Positions 8,974 to 18,166 of a stretch of 64,000 nucleotides of DNA are shown one piece after another; position 1 is the first letter of the stretch; each line of letters opens with the position of its first letter. Below the pieces are notes generated by a model that saw nothing but the letters and a program-made list of their open reading frames with translations, was not told where the DNA came from and did no database searches. Origin of the DNA: Candidatus Omnitrophota bacterium (GTDB lineage: Bacteria > Omnitrophota > Gorgyraeia > Zapsychrales > JAHFFX01). Location: contig JAHFFW010000010.1 of assembly GCA_023247725.1 (NCBI GenBank), forward strand, positions 7,734-71,733, read 5' to 3'. Position numbers and translations under genes: made by a program.

Positions 8974-10093
8974 AAAAGCTTTCGGAATCAAAGAGGGAAA
9001 GTCCGGTATTGATCGGTCTTATGAAGATGATTATTACAAAGGCGTCATTAAAGGATTTGCCGTCATCACCAAGGGTTTTGTAAAAGACGATCGCGGATGG
9101 GAGATCGATGACGTCACCCTTGAGCAAACGGTCGCGGCAGGCAACAGGATCACAGGTGGTCTTAAGTCACGGTTTGGTCATCCCAATTTGTGCGAGACCG
9201 CATTTGGAAAATTAATCGGAAGGGCAAGGAATCTCAGAAAAGATGGCGACATTGTTAGAGCGGATCTTTATTTAAACAAAAGTGCTTATGGTGCGCCCGC
9301 GGGGAATCTTGCTCAATACGTTTTGGATTTGGCGGAAAGCGATCCCGAAGCATTCGGAGCTTCGGTGGTGCTTGAAGAATACGAGCTGGAATACCCGATA
9401 GAGAAAAACAGCGTCCGCAAGAAAGACGAAGACGGCAAAGCACTTCCGCCCATGCTGAGGGTGAAGTCTCTGTTGGGGGTCGATATGGTGGACGAACCTG
9501 CGGCCAACAACGGAATATTCAGCAAAATCAACCACCCAGGTCTTGAACTCTCGGCGAAGGCCACGGCGTTTTTGAATAAACTTCTCGACAACCCCGATGC
9601 GCTGGAATTCGTGATTGTATTTCTGGAAAGGTATCGAGCCAATCGGGCTGACATAGATGCAGGGAAAAAACAACCTAAACAAGTTTCAAATAAGAAGGAG
9701 GAGGGCATGGAGATAAAAGATTTAACGGTAGAGGAGCTGAAGAAAGAACGACCGGACATGGTTTCGGTTTTGCAAAACGAAATCGTCAAAGATGAGCGGT
9801 CCCGGTGTTCAGCCATTGTCAAGGCGGCAAACAAGGAGTTTGCCAGCATGGGCATGGAGGTCATCGTTGAGGAAGCCATTGATAACGGCAAGACCGTGGA
9901 CGCGGCTTTGGCGGCCATGCGCGGGAAACGTCTTGAGGATCTCAAGCAGAATGCCAACAAGGCCCCAGGTGCCGACAAAGGTGATCCGGAAAAGACAAAG
10001 AGTCACTTGGAGGTCGCAAAGGAGTATCAAAGGGAGCATAAATGCAGTCTTCAGGAAGCCCTTAGCATGACGGCTGAACCAAGGGAAAAGTAA
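8933..10093 (+). CDS. Prohead maturation protease fused to scaffold
   Basis: Position between portal and capsid; SRFGHP...FGASV...DMVDEPAAN protease-like N-domain and a charged helical C-terminal half. Confidence 0.7.
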   Translation: MTMSKILIEEDRLEKAFGIKEGKSGIDRSYEDDYYKGVIKGFAVITKGFVKDDRGWEIDDVTLEQTVAAGNRITGGLKSRFGHPNLCETAFGKLIGRARNLRKDGDIVRADLYLNKSAYGAPAGNLAQYVLDLAESDPEAFGASVVLEEYELEYPIEKNSVRKKDEDGKALPPMLRVKSLLGVDMVDEPAANNGIFSKINHPGLELSAKATAFLNKLLDNPDALEFVIVFLERYRANRADIDAGKKQPKQVSNKKEEGMEIKDLTVEELKKERPDMVSVLQNEIVKDERSRCSAIVKAANKEFASMGMEVIVEEAIDNGKTVDAALAAMRGKRLEDLKQNANKAPGADKGDPEKTKSHLEVAKEYQREHKCSLQEALSMTAEPREK

Positions 10094-10132
10094 ATCATTA
10101 AAAGGTTTTAACTTTAAAACAGGAGGGATCAC

Positions 10133-10855
10133 ATGTCACAGGAAAATTTGGGATCAAAGTCTTTCGTTGCCGGTGAAGATTTGGAAGCGTATCGTCGCGT
10201 CAAGCTTTCCAGCGGGAACGTCGTCTACGCCGATGCCGGGGAAGAGTTTATCGGCGTCACCGGGCATAAGGCCGTAAGCGGTGAGCAGGTCACGGTCAAT
10301 TTAAGGTCGGCATCGCGCACTTACAAGATGGTTGCCTCCGGAGTCATAACCGCTGGGAATACGATTTATGGCGCCAATGACGGCAAAGTTTCAGCTTCGG
10401 CATCGGGGGTTGCCCAAGGTGTGGCTGTTGAAGCGGCTACAGCAGACGGTGATGTTATCGAGTGTTTCCAGAATAATGGCGTGGCCGGTGCTATCGATGG
10501 GGCATCTACGGCTATAGGTGATCCTGCTGTCAACGGAGCTGTTCCCGTTGTTTTTGCCAAACAGGGTATCACCGATGCGACCACATCTTTAACGATTGTG
10601 ACAGCGCCGTACAAATTCAGGATCGTTGATTGGTGGATTATTGCCCGGGATACCACAGCGGCCAACGTCAAATTAATCAATGTCAGCACCGATGCAACAG
10701 CCGTTAAAGCCAAGGGAACGACAAACGATGCCATCGTCAGAGGCGGGGACATCATAAATGCTCAAAAAGACGTGTCAGCCGGGAATGCCTTGAAAGTCAA
10801 TGCCAGTGCGGCCGCGGCTTTCGACATCTTTGTTGTGGCGATCAAAGTCAGCTAA
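10133..10855 (+). CDS. Capsid cement/decoration protein (DUF2190-like) with C-terminal extension
   Basis: SFVAGEDLEAYRRVKL...GVAVEAATADGDVIE; immediately upstream of the major capsid gene. Confidence 0.75.
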   Translation: MSQENLGSKSFVAGEDLEAYRRVKLSSGNVVYADAGEEFIGVTGHKAVSGEQVTVNLRSASRTYKMVASGVITAGNTIYGANDGKVSASASGVAQGVAVEAATADGDVIECFQNNGVAGAIDGASTAIGDPAVNGAVPVVFAKQGITDATTSLTIVTAPYKFRIVDWWIIARDTTAANVKLINVSTDATAVKAKGTTNDAIVRGGDIINAQKDVSAGNALKVNASAAAAFDIFVVAIKVS

Positions 10856-10889
10856 AAAATCAATCATTTAAAATTGGAGGGACCTTAAC

Positions 10890-11852
10890 ATGCCAGTCGA
10901 TCAAGTAGGAATAAGAGCAACACCGCGGTTAGATTTAGGCGCGGCTTTGGAGGAGTACGTCCAGAACGCCGGTGATTTTATCGGGACGAGGCTGTTCCCG
11001 ATCTTCAAAACACCGCAGAAGGCCGCCAATTTTTCCGCCATCACGCGCGAGAGTTTAACGCAAACGCCGGACACTAAACGCGCGCCCAACGGGAAATATA
11101 ACCGCGGAAGTATCGGGGCAAAGGACGTTGGATACAGCTGTGAGGAGAACGGGTTTGAAATGCCGCTGGATGACGGCGAACGCAAGAATTACGCCAAGGA
11201 CTTTGACGCGGAGCTGGCCGTTTCCAAGGCAGCCATGAACATCGTTCTTCGGGGACAGGAATCCCGCATTGCCGCGGCCGCCATAAATACGTCCGTATTC
11301 ACCGGGGCGGCTCTTTTGACGGACGTGTCCGGAACCAATCCTTGGAGCGATCCCACCAAGGACATCATCAAAACCATAAGGGATGGTAAGGCAAAGATCA
11401 GAACGAACTGCGGCATGTTGCCCAACATGCTCTTGATGAGTTATACGAACCTCAATCTGTGTTTGGGCAATAACGGTATCAAAGATGCTATCAAATACAC
11501 CGCGCGGCCGACAGAGGCTGAAATCATCAATGCCTTAAAAGACCTTTTCGGTGTTCAAAACATTCTTATCGGCAACGCCATCAAAAACAGTGCCAAGGAA
11601 GGGCAGGTGTTTTCTGGGGCCGATATCTGGAGCTCGACTTATGCCTTATTAGCGATATCTGCTCAGGACGGTCAGGATCCAACACAACCGTCTCTGGGCA
11701 GAACGTTTTTATGGGCGAATGACAGTCCGGAGAATGTGATGGTTGAGCAATACCGTGATGAGTCCATTCGTTCCGACGTTTTCCGTTCGCGCCAGCATAC
11801 AGATGAGCTGTTGCTTGATAAGTATTTCGGGCATCTTTTAAAAGTCGTTTAA
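10890..11852 (+). CDS. Major capsid protein
   Basis: 320 aa, strong SD GGAGG, gene position, and motifs FIGTRLFP, WSDPTKDII, PNMLLMS, SLGRTFLW. Confidence 0.85.
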   Translation: MPVDQVGIRATPRLDLGAALEEYVQNAGDFIGTRLFPIFKTPQKAANFSAITRESLTQTPDTKRAPNGKYNRGSIGAKDVGYSCEENGFEMPLDDGERKNYAKDFDAELAVSKAAMNIVLRGQESRIAAAAINTSVFTGAALLTDVSGTNPWSDPTKDIIKTIRDGKAKIRTNCGMLPNMLLMSYTNLNLCLGNNGIKDAIKYTARPTEAEIINALKDLFGVQNILIGNAIKNSAKEGQVFSGADIWSSTYALLAISAQDGQDPTQPSLGRTFLWANDSPENVMVEQYRDESIRSDVFRSRQHTDELLLDKYFGHLLKVV

Positions 11853-11897
11853 ACCGTAATGGAGATCCCGGGGCCCTGCGGGTCCCGGGATTCTGAT

Positions 11898-12245
11898 ATG
11901 AGTTTTAAAGACAATTTAAGAAGAGATGCCTTGAATTCTTTCCTCAACACAAACGAATTCGCCGAATCGATTCAGTACACGCCCAAAGGCGGCACGCCCA
12001 AAACCATCAAGGCGGTCATCAATCGAAAACGCCTGACTCCAGGTGGGGAAGAATCTGGGCGGGTCCTGCAGGATCAGGTTGAAATATTAATTGCCAATGA
12101 TCCCGTTTATGGCGTTTCGGTGATCAACAAGGGCGGTGACGAAGTTTTATTTCCTGAAGTCTTAGGTGGAATTGATGTCAACTTCGTCGTTATCGATGTA
12201 TTGGGAGAGGATCAAGGGATGTGGCATCTCTTGGTGCAGAAATAA
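11898..12245 (+). CDS. Head-tail joining protein (gpFII-like)
   Basis: FLNTNEFAESIQY...IKAVINR...GMWHLL; position after the major capsid gene. Confidence 0.7.
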   Translation: MSFKDNLRRDALNSFLNTNEFAESIQYTPKGGTPKTIKAVINRKRLTPGGEESGRVLQDQVEILIANDPVYGVSVINKGGDEVLFPEVLGGIDVNFVVIDVLGEDQGMWHLLVQK

Positions 12246-12266
12246 AATGGTGAGCGAAGTCGAACC

Positions 12267-12872
12267 ATGACAGAACTAACGACGGAAATCAACACGAAGA
12301 ACTTGGAAACTGCGCTTCGGGTGTTCCCTAAGGAGTTGAAATTCCAGCTTGCCGACGGCATGGATCATATCAGCAGGAAGTTTTTAAAGCAGTTTTACCA
12401 GACGCGTCTGCAGGGCCCTCCTGGGGTCAAGGCGCGGCCGCACGGTATTTTTACGCATTTTAGGCGGGCGTCTTTGGTTTCGCAGACGATCGAAGGCATG
12501 GGAATGATTATTTTTTCGGATTCCAAGATATCAAAATTACATGAGGAGGGCGGAATTATAAAGAATCCCGGAGGCACGAAATTGGCGGTCCCATTATCGG
12601 CGCGTATCGAGCTTTTTACGTCAGACGGCCGACTCAAGAAACGATACCGTCAGCCGAGGCTTTTGAAAAACGTCGTTCCCATCAAGCTTAGGGGGAAAAC
12701 GTTCTTGGCAAAAATTCAGAAAAGGCTGAGGAACATTTTGCCTTTGTTTGTCTTAAAGAACCAGATTCGCATCCGGCCTAGACTGGGGTTTTACAAAACA
12801 TGGGATGACATGCAAAACGTGAGGATTGATATTCTGAATAAATCAATTCAAAAAACCTTGGATAAGGTCTGA
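12267..12872 (+). CDS. Neck/tail completion protein (basic; gpZ/HK97-gp10 position)
   Basis: Basic protein with HEEGGII and IRPRLGF motifs; synteny. Confidence 0.6.
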   Translation: MTELTTEINTKNLETALRVFPKELKFQLADGMDHISRKFLKQFYQTRLQGPPGVKARPHGIFTHFRRASLVSQTIEGMGMIIFSDSKISKLHEEGGIIKNPGGTKLAVPLSARIELFTSDGRLKKRYRQPRLLKNVVPIKLRGKTFLAKIQKRLRNILPLFVLKNQIRIRPRLGFYKTWDDMQNVRIDILNKSIQKTLDKV

Positions 12873-12873
12873 T

Positions 12874-13335
12874 ATGCCAACTGTCAGAGAAAACATTTTA
12901 ACGAACGTCAAGACGACCTTAGAAACTATCACCGTTGCGAATGGTTATGTCAATACGATTGCCAGCGTGCAGAGGTGGGATAAACGCGGCAATGCGTTGC
13001 GGCAGGTCCCATGTATCGTGGTCAATGCCGGGCAGGAAGAAAAACAGATGTCACCCAATCCATTATTCAGCTGTAGGTTGTCGGTTTATCTCGATCTCTG
13101 GACTCGGCAGGATGAAGCCGACTCACAGCCGACCGATTCGATATTAAGCAGTTTGCTGGGTGATATTGAAAAGGCGCTCATGGTCGACAACACCCGGGGA
13201 GGCTATGCGATAGACACCAGCATCAAAAGCAATGTTCCTTTTGAAACGGTGGAAGGACAGCCGCACGCCGGTCTTACGATCGAGCTTGAGATTTTATATC
13301 AGCATAAACAATCCGATCCATCGGTTGCCGGATAA
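12874..13335 (+). CDS. Tail terminator (gpU-like)
   Basis: MPTVRENIL...IEKALMVDNTRGGYAIDT...EILYQH; directly precedes the tail tube gene. Confidence 0.7.
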   Translation: MPTVRENILTNVKTTLETITVANGYVNTIASVQRWDKRGNALRQVPCIVVNAGQEEKQMSPNPLFSCRLSVYLDLWTRQDEADSQPTDSILSSLLGDIEKALMVDNTRGGYAIDTSIKSNVPFETVEGQPHAGLTIELEILYQHKQSDPSVAG

Positions 13336-13349
13336 CGAGGAGGTTTGAA

Positions 13350-14492
13350 ATGTTAACACGAAAAAGACAAGTTGTTTCAAAGATTGAAGTCTCGGAAGGA
13401 GTGGCCGAAACATTGGCGGTTGCCGATGCCAAGACGCTGGCATATAACCCGCGGATTAGCTTTGATCCTGAAATGTTCCCGCGCAATCCCGTGAGGCTTA
13501 CCTTTACGAATATCGGCAAGGTTGTCGGGAAACGCCCGGGAGCTTTAAATTTTGGTCTGGAGTTAAGGGGATCAGGCGCCGCGGCCACGGCTCCGGACTG
13601 GGGCAAGCACTTCCAAAACTGCGGATGCGGCGTCAATTTATTGAAGTCGATTAATATCGGGGCCGTGACTGCCGGGCCTTTTGTGCATGGCGAAACGATT
13701 ACCGGCGGCACTTCCAGCGGCAAGGGGCGGGTGATCATCAACACCGCCAACGGGGCAAGTGCCATTTATTATGTGGTCATCTCCGGAACTATCCAAAGCG
13801 GTGAGGTTATTACCGGCGGCACTTCGGGAGCCACGGCAACCACGTCATCATCTCCAACAACGATTGGCAACGTAATTGAGCCGATTACCGACAACATCCC
13901 CAGCCAGACGATGTCCGGGTACGAAGATGGAATCAGAAAATTGTTAAGAGGATGCCGCGGTAAATTAAAAATCAACTTCAAAAGCGGCGAGCCGGTCCTT
14001 GTCAATTTTGAGTATATGGGAGTCGAGTCGGGCATTGCCGATGTTTCTTTGTTTACCAATCCCGCGTATGAAACCACGAAGCCGCCAGCGTTTCTTAACG
14101 CTTCGTTTTCTATGGATGCTTATGCGGCCAAGATCGCATCGCTCGAAATCAATCAGGAGAACAAATTGGCGCCCCGGGACGATGTCAGTAACGACCGCGG
14201 TCTTCTGTCTTTTTTGATCACCGACCGCGACGTCAACGGTTCCTATGATCCGGAGACGGTCTTTGTTGCGACCCACGATTTTCATTCCAAATGGTTCGGC
14301 GGAACGGAGATGGTTCTGGATACCGCTTGGGGAAGTGTCGCCGGTAACAAGTTCAGGTTATTTGCGCCGCGCGCGCAATACACAAAAGTGGAGGACGAGG
14401 AACGCGACGGCATTGCTGTTGCCAAGTGTTCTTTCGATTTAAACGGCAGTCTTTTGCCCGGCAATGATGAATGGGCATTACTGTGTCTTTAA
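13350..14492 (+). CDS. Major tail (tube) protein
   Basis: MLTRKRQVVSKIE..., LRGCRG, FEYMG, ITDRDVNGSYDPE, GNKFRLFAPRAQY; no sheath gene present. Confidence 0.8.
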   Translation: MLTRKRQVVSKIEVSEGVAETLAVADAKTLAYNPRISFDPEMFPRNPVRLTFTNIGKVVGKRPGALNFGLELRGSGAAATAPDWGKHFQNCGCGVNLLKSINIGAVTAGPFVHGETITGGTSSGKGRVIINTANGASAIYYVVISGTIQSGEVITGGTSGATATTSSSPTTIGNVIEPITDNIPSQTMSGYEDGIRKLLRGCRGKLKINFKSGEPVLVNFEYMGVESGIADVSLFTNPAYETTKPPAFLNASFSMDAYAAKIASLEINQENKLAPRDDVSNDRGLLSFLITDRDVNGSYDPETVFVATHDFHSKWFGGTEMVLDTAWGSVAGNKFRLFAPRAQYTKVEDEERDGIAVAKCSFDLNGSLLPGNDEWALLCL

Positions 14493-14509
14493 AAAAGGAG
14501 GATTGAGTT

Positions 14510-14935
14510 ATGTTTACTGGAATTGATCGTAACGAAACCAAGCGGTATAAATCGCCCAATGATCCGGATCCTTCCAACCCAACGGTATTCATTCTTGGGT
14601 TATTGGATCCGACCGTCCGTAATTACATCGAGGACATCACCAGCTCTCTCGATGTCGATCCCAAGAATCCCAACGACAAAGCCAAGATGAATTTCAGTCT
14701 GGGGCGGCGTAATCATCTGATTGTCAAGTACGGGTTAAAGGGAATTGAGGGGTTCCTTCATCCAAAGACCAAAGAGCCGGTCAAGTTTGAAACGACCAAC
14801 GGGCATTTTGCGGGGAAACTCATCGAGGGAGTCAGCGAGGATGTCTTGAACATGATTCCCAGTAATCTGAAGACGGAATTGGCCGAGGTTATCTGGAACG
14901 AGGACAAGTTTCATGAGGACGACGCAAAAAACTAA
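14510..14935 (+). CDS. Tail assembly chaperone (gpG-like)
   Basis: Between tube and TMP; ends GCA AAA AAC TAA, containing a slippery heptamer. Confidence 0.8.
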   Translation: MFTGIDRNETKRYKSPNDPDPSNPTVFILGLLDPTVRNYIEDITSSLDVDPKNPNDKAKMNFSLGRRNHLIVKYGLKGIEGFLHPKTKEPVKFETTNGHFAGKLIEGVSEDVLNMIPSNLKTELAEVIWNEDKFHEDDAKN

Positions 14936-15249
14936 GACTGGCAGTCTGGCTTAGTTTTTCCAGAGGCCAGCTGGACTGCCCGAAACTTAAATCACAGGCC
15001 AAGGACAATCAGTGCGCTAAGGAGGAATGTGAGGATAGCATTTGGAATTTCAACGGCGAGGAATTTAAGGGGTGTCCGGTCAAGAAGATCAGTGCAAGGA
15101 GCTGGGAGTATTTAAGGGCGTTCATATTCTACAACCGGGGATTTCTGCCGAATCCGGGCGGATGGATTGACCAACCTAAAAAGTTTATGCGGGCGATGGA
15201 GATCATCGAATTCGAGATGATCAATATCAAAGAAAAAGAGGGAAAGTAA
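14510..15249 (+). CDS. Tail assembly chaperone gpGT-like product of a -1 programmed frameshift
   Basis: The -1 frame after A AAA AAC (14926-14932) is open to TAA at 15247-15249 (LRLAVWLSFSRGQLDC...GCPVK...GFLPNPGGWIDQP...EGK*), and this stop overlaps the TMP ATG. Confidence 0.8.
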
Positions 15250-16796
15250 TGCCAACGAATCGCGAACTTGAAATCATCATGCGGCTTCGTGATGAAGTAA
15301 CGAAGCGATTGAAAGGAATCGAGGGCGCCTTTATCCGTTTTAAAAACGCCGTCAAGGAACTGGGCACTCACATGAAGCAGCTGGGCCGGGATATTTCGCA
15401 GGTCGGCCATGCCGTGAGTCTTTTGGGGGCGTCAATCACCGGCCCCATGCTTCTGGCGTTCAGGAATTCCACGGAATACTCGTCACGCGTCAGCGCCCAA
15501 ATGGAACGGCTCAAGAACGTCACAACGGCTTTTCAGATTACTATCGGTGAGGCTTTGGCGCCGATTATGGAAAGGTTTACGAACATTCTTGGGGCCCTTC
15601 TTGACCGGTGGAATGCTCTTGGACCCGTCCAGCAACAGGCGATTATCCAGGCAACGTTCATGGCCGGTGTGTATTTGACCGCTACGGGAATCATCACAAC
15701 GATGACCGGCAAAATCATTGCCCTTGCCGGTGGAGTGCTGAAATTAGCCGCGGCGTTTTTGAGTCTGTCGGGGAGTCAAATGGCGCTTGTCGCGTTGATT
15801 GCGGCCGTGGCGGCTCTTATTTTGTACTGGGACAAGCTTGGCAAGGTAGCGGTCCCGGTTCTTAACGCGCTTGAGATTGGATCCAAGATGGTTGCTATCG
15901 GATTTCTGTCGATCGTCCGTGTCATCAATCAGGCGTTATCGGCGATGCTGGATAAGGCATCGCTCATATACGAAAAGGTCAGTCAGTTCAAACTGCTTCC
16001 CGAGAGCATGAAGGTCAATTACAGCATTGCGGCGTTATCTCTAAAGGATATGTCGAATCAACTGCGGGCGAATGCGTCGATCACGGACAATTACATCAAA
16101 AGTCTGGAAGGAGGAATTTCGAAGATATTTCTCGAAGGGCAGGGGGATTTGGTCGTCTTTTTTGAAAATACTCATGCCAAGATCAAATCGATTTTTGATT
16201 TGTTTAAGAATCCGCCCAAGGTCGACATTCAGCCGATTGTAAAGCAATTCAATGCCATCAAGGACATCGCGCAGAATACGGCTCAGGCGATGAGTCAAAG
16301 TCTGGGTGATTTTTTCTTTAATGTCGTTACAGGTCAGCTCAACAATCTCAAGCAGGTATTCGCGGATTTTGGAAGAAGCATCCTACGGATCCTATCCAAT
16401 GCCCTAGCCAAACTTCTGTTGGTTAAAACAATCGGCCGGATGTTTCCGGGGCTTGGGCAGTTTTTTCATCAAGGGGGAATGGTTTATCATGCCGGGGGCA
16501 TCATCCAGAGGGCGCATTCGGGGATGCTGGCCTCTGATGAGGTCCCGATCATTGCTCAATCCGGTGAAGGAGTTTTGTCCCGCCGGGGGATGTCGGCTTT
16601 GGGGATTGAGAATTTCAACCGGATCAATCGAGGCGAGAGGATGAGGGAGGGCGGCATCGAAATCAACATCCCGGTCATTATCCAAGCCTGGGATGTCCAG
16701 GATATCAATCGAAACAAGAGAGCCATCAGCGACATCGTTGGCGAGGCCATCCGGAACAACAGCTCTATTCGTGATCTTATAAGGAGATACACCTAA
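15249..16796 (+). CDS. Tail tape measure protein
   Basis: Ala/Leu/Ile-rich helical protein with hydrophobic stretches and a C-terminal FHQGG...HSG...DEVPIIAQSGEGVLSR motif. Confidence 0.85.
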   Translation: MPTNRELEIIMRLRDEVTKRLKGIEGAFIRFKNAVKELGTHMKQLGRDISQVGHAVSLLGASITGPMLLAFRNSTEYSSRVSAQMERLKNVTTAFQITIGEALAPIMERFTNILGALLDRWNALGPVQQQAIIQATFMAGVYLTATGIITTMTGKIIALAGGVLKLAAAFLSLSGSQMALVALIAAVAALILYWDKLGKVAVPVLNALEIGSKMVAIGFLSIVRVINQALSAMLDKASLIYEKVSQFKLLPESMKVNYSIAALSLKDMSNQLRANASITDNYIKSLEGGISKIFLEGQGDLVVFFENTHAKIKSIFDLFKNPPKVDIQPIVKQFNAIKDIAQNTAQAMSQSLGDFFFNVVTGQLNNLKQVFADFGRSILRILSNALAKLLLVKTIGRMFPGLGQFFHQGGMVYHAGGIIQRAHSGMLASDEVPIIAQSGEGVLSRRGMSALGIENFNRINRGERMREGGIEINIPVIIQAWDVQDINRNKRAISDIVGEAIRNNSSIRDLIRRYT

Positions 16797-16797
16797 G

Positions 16798-17136
16798 ATG
16801 CCGGATTTTACCTATACGCCGGATTTTGTTTTGGAAGAGGATATCGGATACAACACCCGCGTTTCGAATTTTGAAAACGGCATTGAGCAGCGCCGCGCGA
16901 TCCGCTCTCGGAGCATTCGAAAGTTCAAATTGAATTTCCAGAACAGGACGAAAACCCAAATGGAGCAGATCAGGGATTTTTTTATTTCCAAGCTCGGGAA
17001 ACTAACGTCCTTTACCTGGACGAATCCGACCGATTCCGTGACCTATACGGTGCGTTTTGATGAAGATTCCTTTATTTTCGATAACCACTCGGCGAACCTC
17101 TATAACTTTTCATTTACGTTTGTTGAGGTTCTATGA
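16798..17136 (+). CDS. Distal tail protein (gpM/DUF2460-like)
   Basis: NFENGIEQRR...FF....G...SFTWTNP...VRF; follows the TMP. Confidence 0.75.
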   Translation: MPDFTYTPDFVLEEDIGYNTRVSNFENGIEQRRAIRSRSIRKFKLNFQNRTKTQMEQIRDFFISKLGKLTSFTWTNPTDSVTYTVRFDEDSFIFDNHSANLYNFSFTFVEVL

Positions 17137-17747
17137 GAGCCATTAATTCAACATTCAAGACGGAAAAGAATAATGCCGCCAACAAGCCTATCCGGTTGTA
17201 TGCGCTTCACGATTATGACGGCCTGGGGACAAACCTTTATTTTGCCGAATACGATACGGATGTCACTTTTAACGGCATTGCCTACACCAAGTTTCCCATC
17301 ACCATAGATACGATTTCGGAAAACAATAAGGGCGCGATCGATTCCGTCAATCTTATCGTGGCGAACGTTTCCCGCTTTATCCAATTCTATTTGGAAAGCA
17401 AGGATCTGCGGGGCAAAAAGGTTTCCATAAAAACAGTGTGGGCGAATCAGTTAGCGGATACAAACGCCTACATCGAAGATGTCTTTTACGTCGATTCCTA
17501 TTCGGCGGATCAGGATAACGTTAATTTTATCCTAACGAGTAAATTCGACGTCCTGGATGTCGAACTTCCGTTGCGAAGGTATTCCCGGAATTATTGCAAT
17601 TGGAAATTTAAAGGCACTGAATGCGGTTATTCCGGGAGCGAATCGGTCTGTAACAAAACTAAGCAGGATTGTAAAACTACCAAAAATAATTTTAAGAGGT
17701 TCGGCGGGTTTCCTTCGATTCAATCCAACAGGATCCTTTTGGGATGA
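17133..17747 (+). CDS. Minor tail protein gpL-like
   Basis: CNWKFKGTECGY...CNKTKQDC...RFGGFPS, the four-Cys C-terminal motif typical of gpL. Confidence 0.85.
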   Translation: MRAINSTFKTEKNNAANKPIRLYALHDYDGLGTNLYFAEYDTDVTFNGIAYTKFPITIDTISENNKGAIDSVNLIVANVSRFIQFYLESKDLRGKKVSIKTVWANQLADTNAYIEDVFYVDSYSADQDNVNFILTSKFDVLDVELPLRRYSRNYCNWKFKGTECGYSGSESVCNKTKQDCKTTKNNFKRFGGFPSIQSNRILLG

Positions 17748-18166
17748 GGGACAAAGATATCATCAGGAAATATTTAGGGATCCCGTTTAAACACCGGGGA
17801 CGCGCAATCGAAGAAGGGCTGGATTGCTGGGGTCTCATCAAAGCGATCTATGCGGATTGCGGCATAGATTTATTCGACCTTGATTCTTACGAAGTCGACT
17901 GGCCGCAGAATGGCAGGAACCATTTTATGGAATATTACTGTAGGCAATGGGAAAAAGTCGACCGGCCGCAATTCATGGATGTTGTTTTGTTTCGGGCCTC
18001 ACCCATGGTGGTGAATCACGCCGGTTTAGTCTTGAGCGAATCCCGATTTATTCATGCGGCCCGGCCGGGTGTGGTTGTTTCCCGTCTTGGCGAACTGCAG
18101 GTCTTTAAGAAAATCGAGGGCTATTACAGGTTTAAAAATGATCAAGATAAAGTACATTCCCAATAG
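17744..18166 (+). CDS. NlpC/P60 (C40) tail protein, gpK-like
   Basis: YLGIPFKHRGR...GLDCWGLI...NHAGL...FIHA. Confidence 0.9.
   Translation: MRDKDIIRKYLGIPFKHRGRAIEEGLDCWGLIKAIYADCGIDLFDLDSYEVDWPQNGRNHFMEYYCRQWEKVDRPQFMDVVLFRASPMVVNHAGLVLSESRFIHAARPGVVVSRLGELQVFKKIEGYYRFKNDQDKVHSQ

Noticed and set aside
9255-10132. Long minus-strand ORFs (for example 9313-9978; likewise 46108-46710 and 61447-62022)
   Set aside because: They are antisense shadows of well-supported plus-strand genes and show no recognisable motifs.
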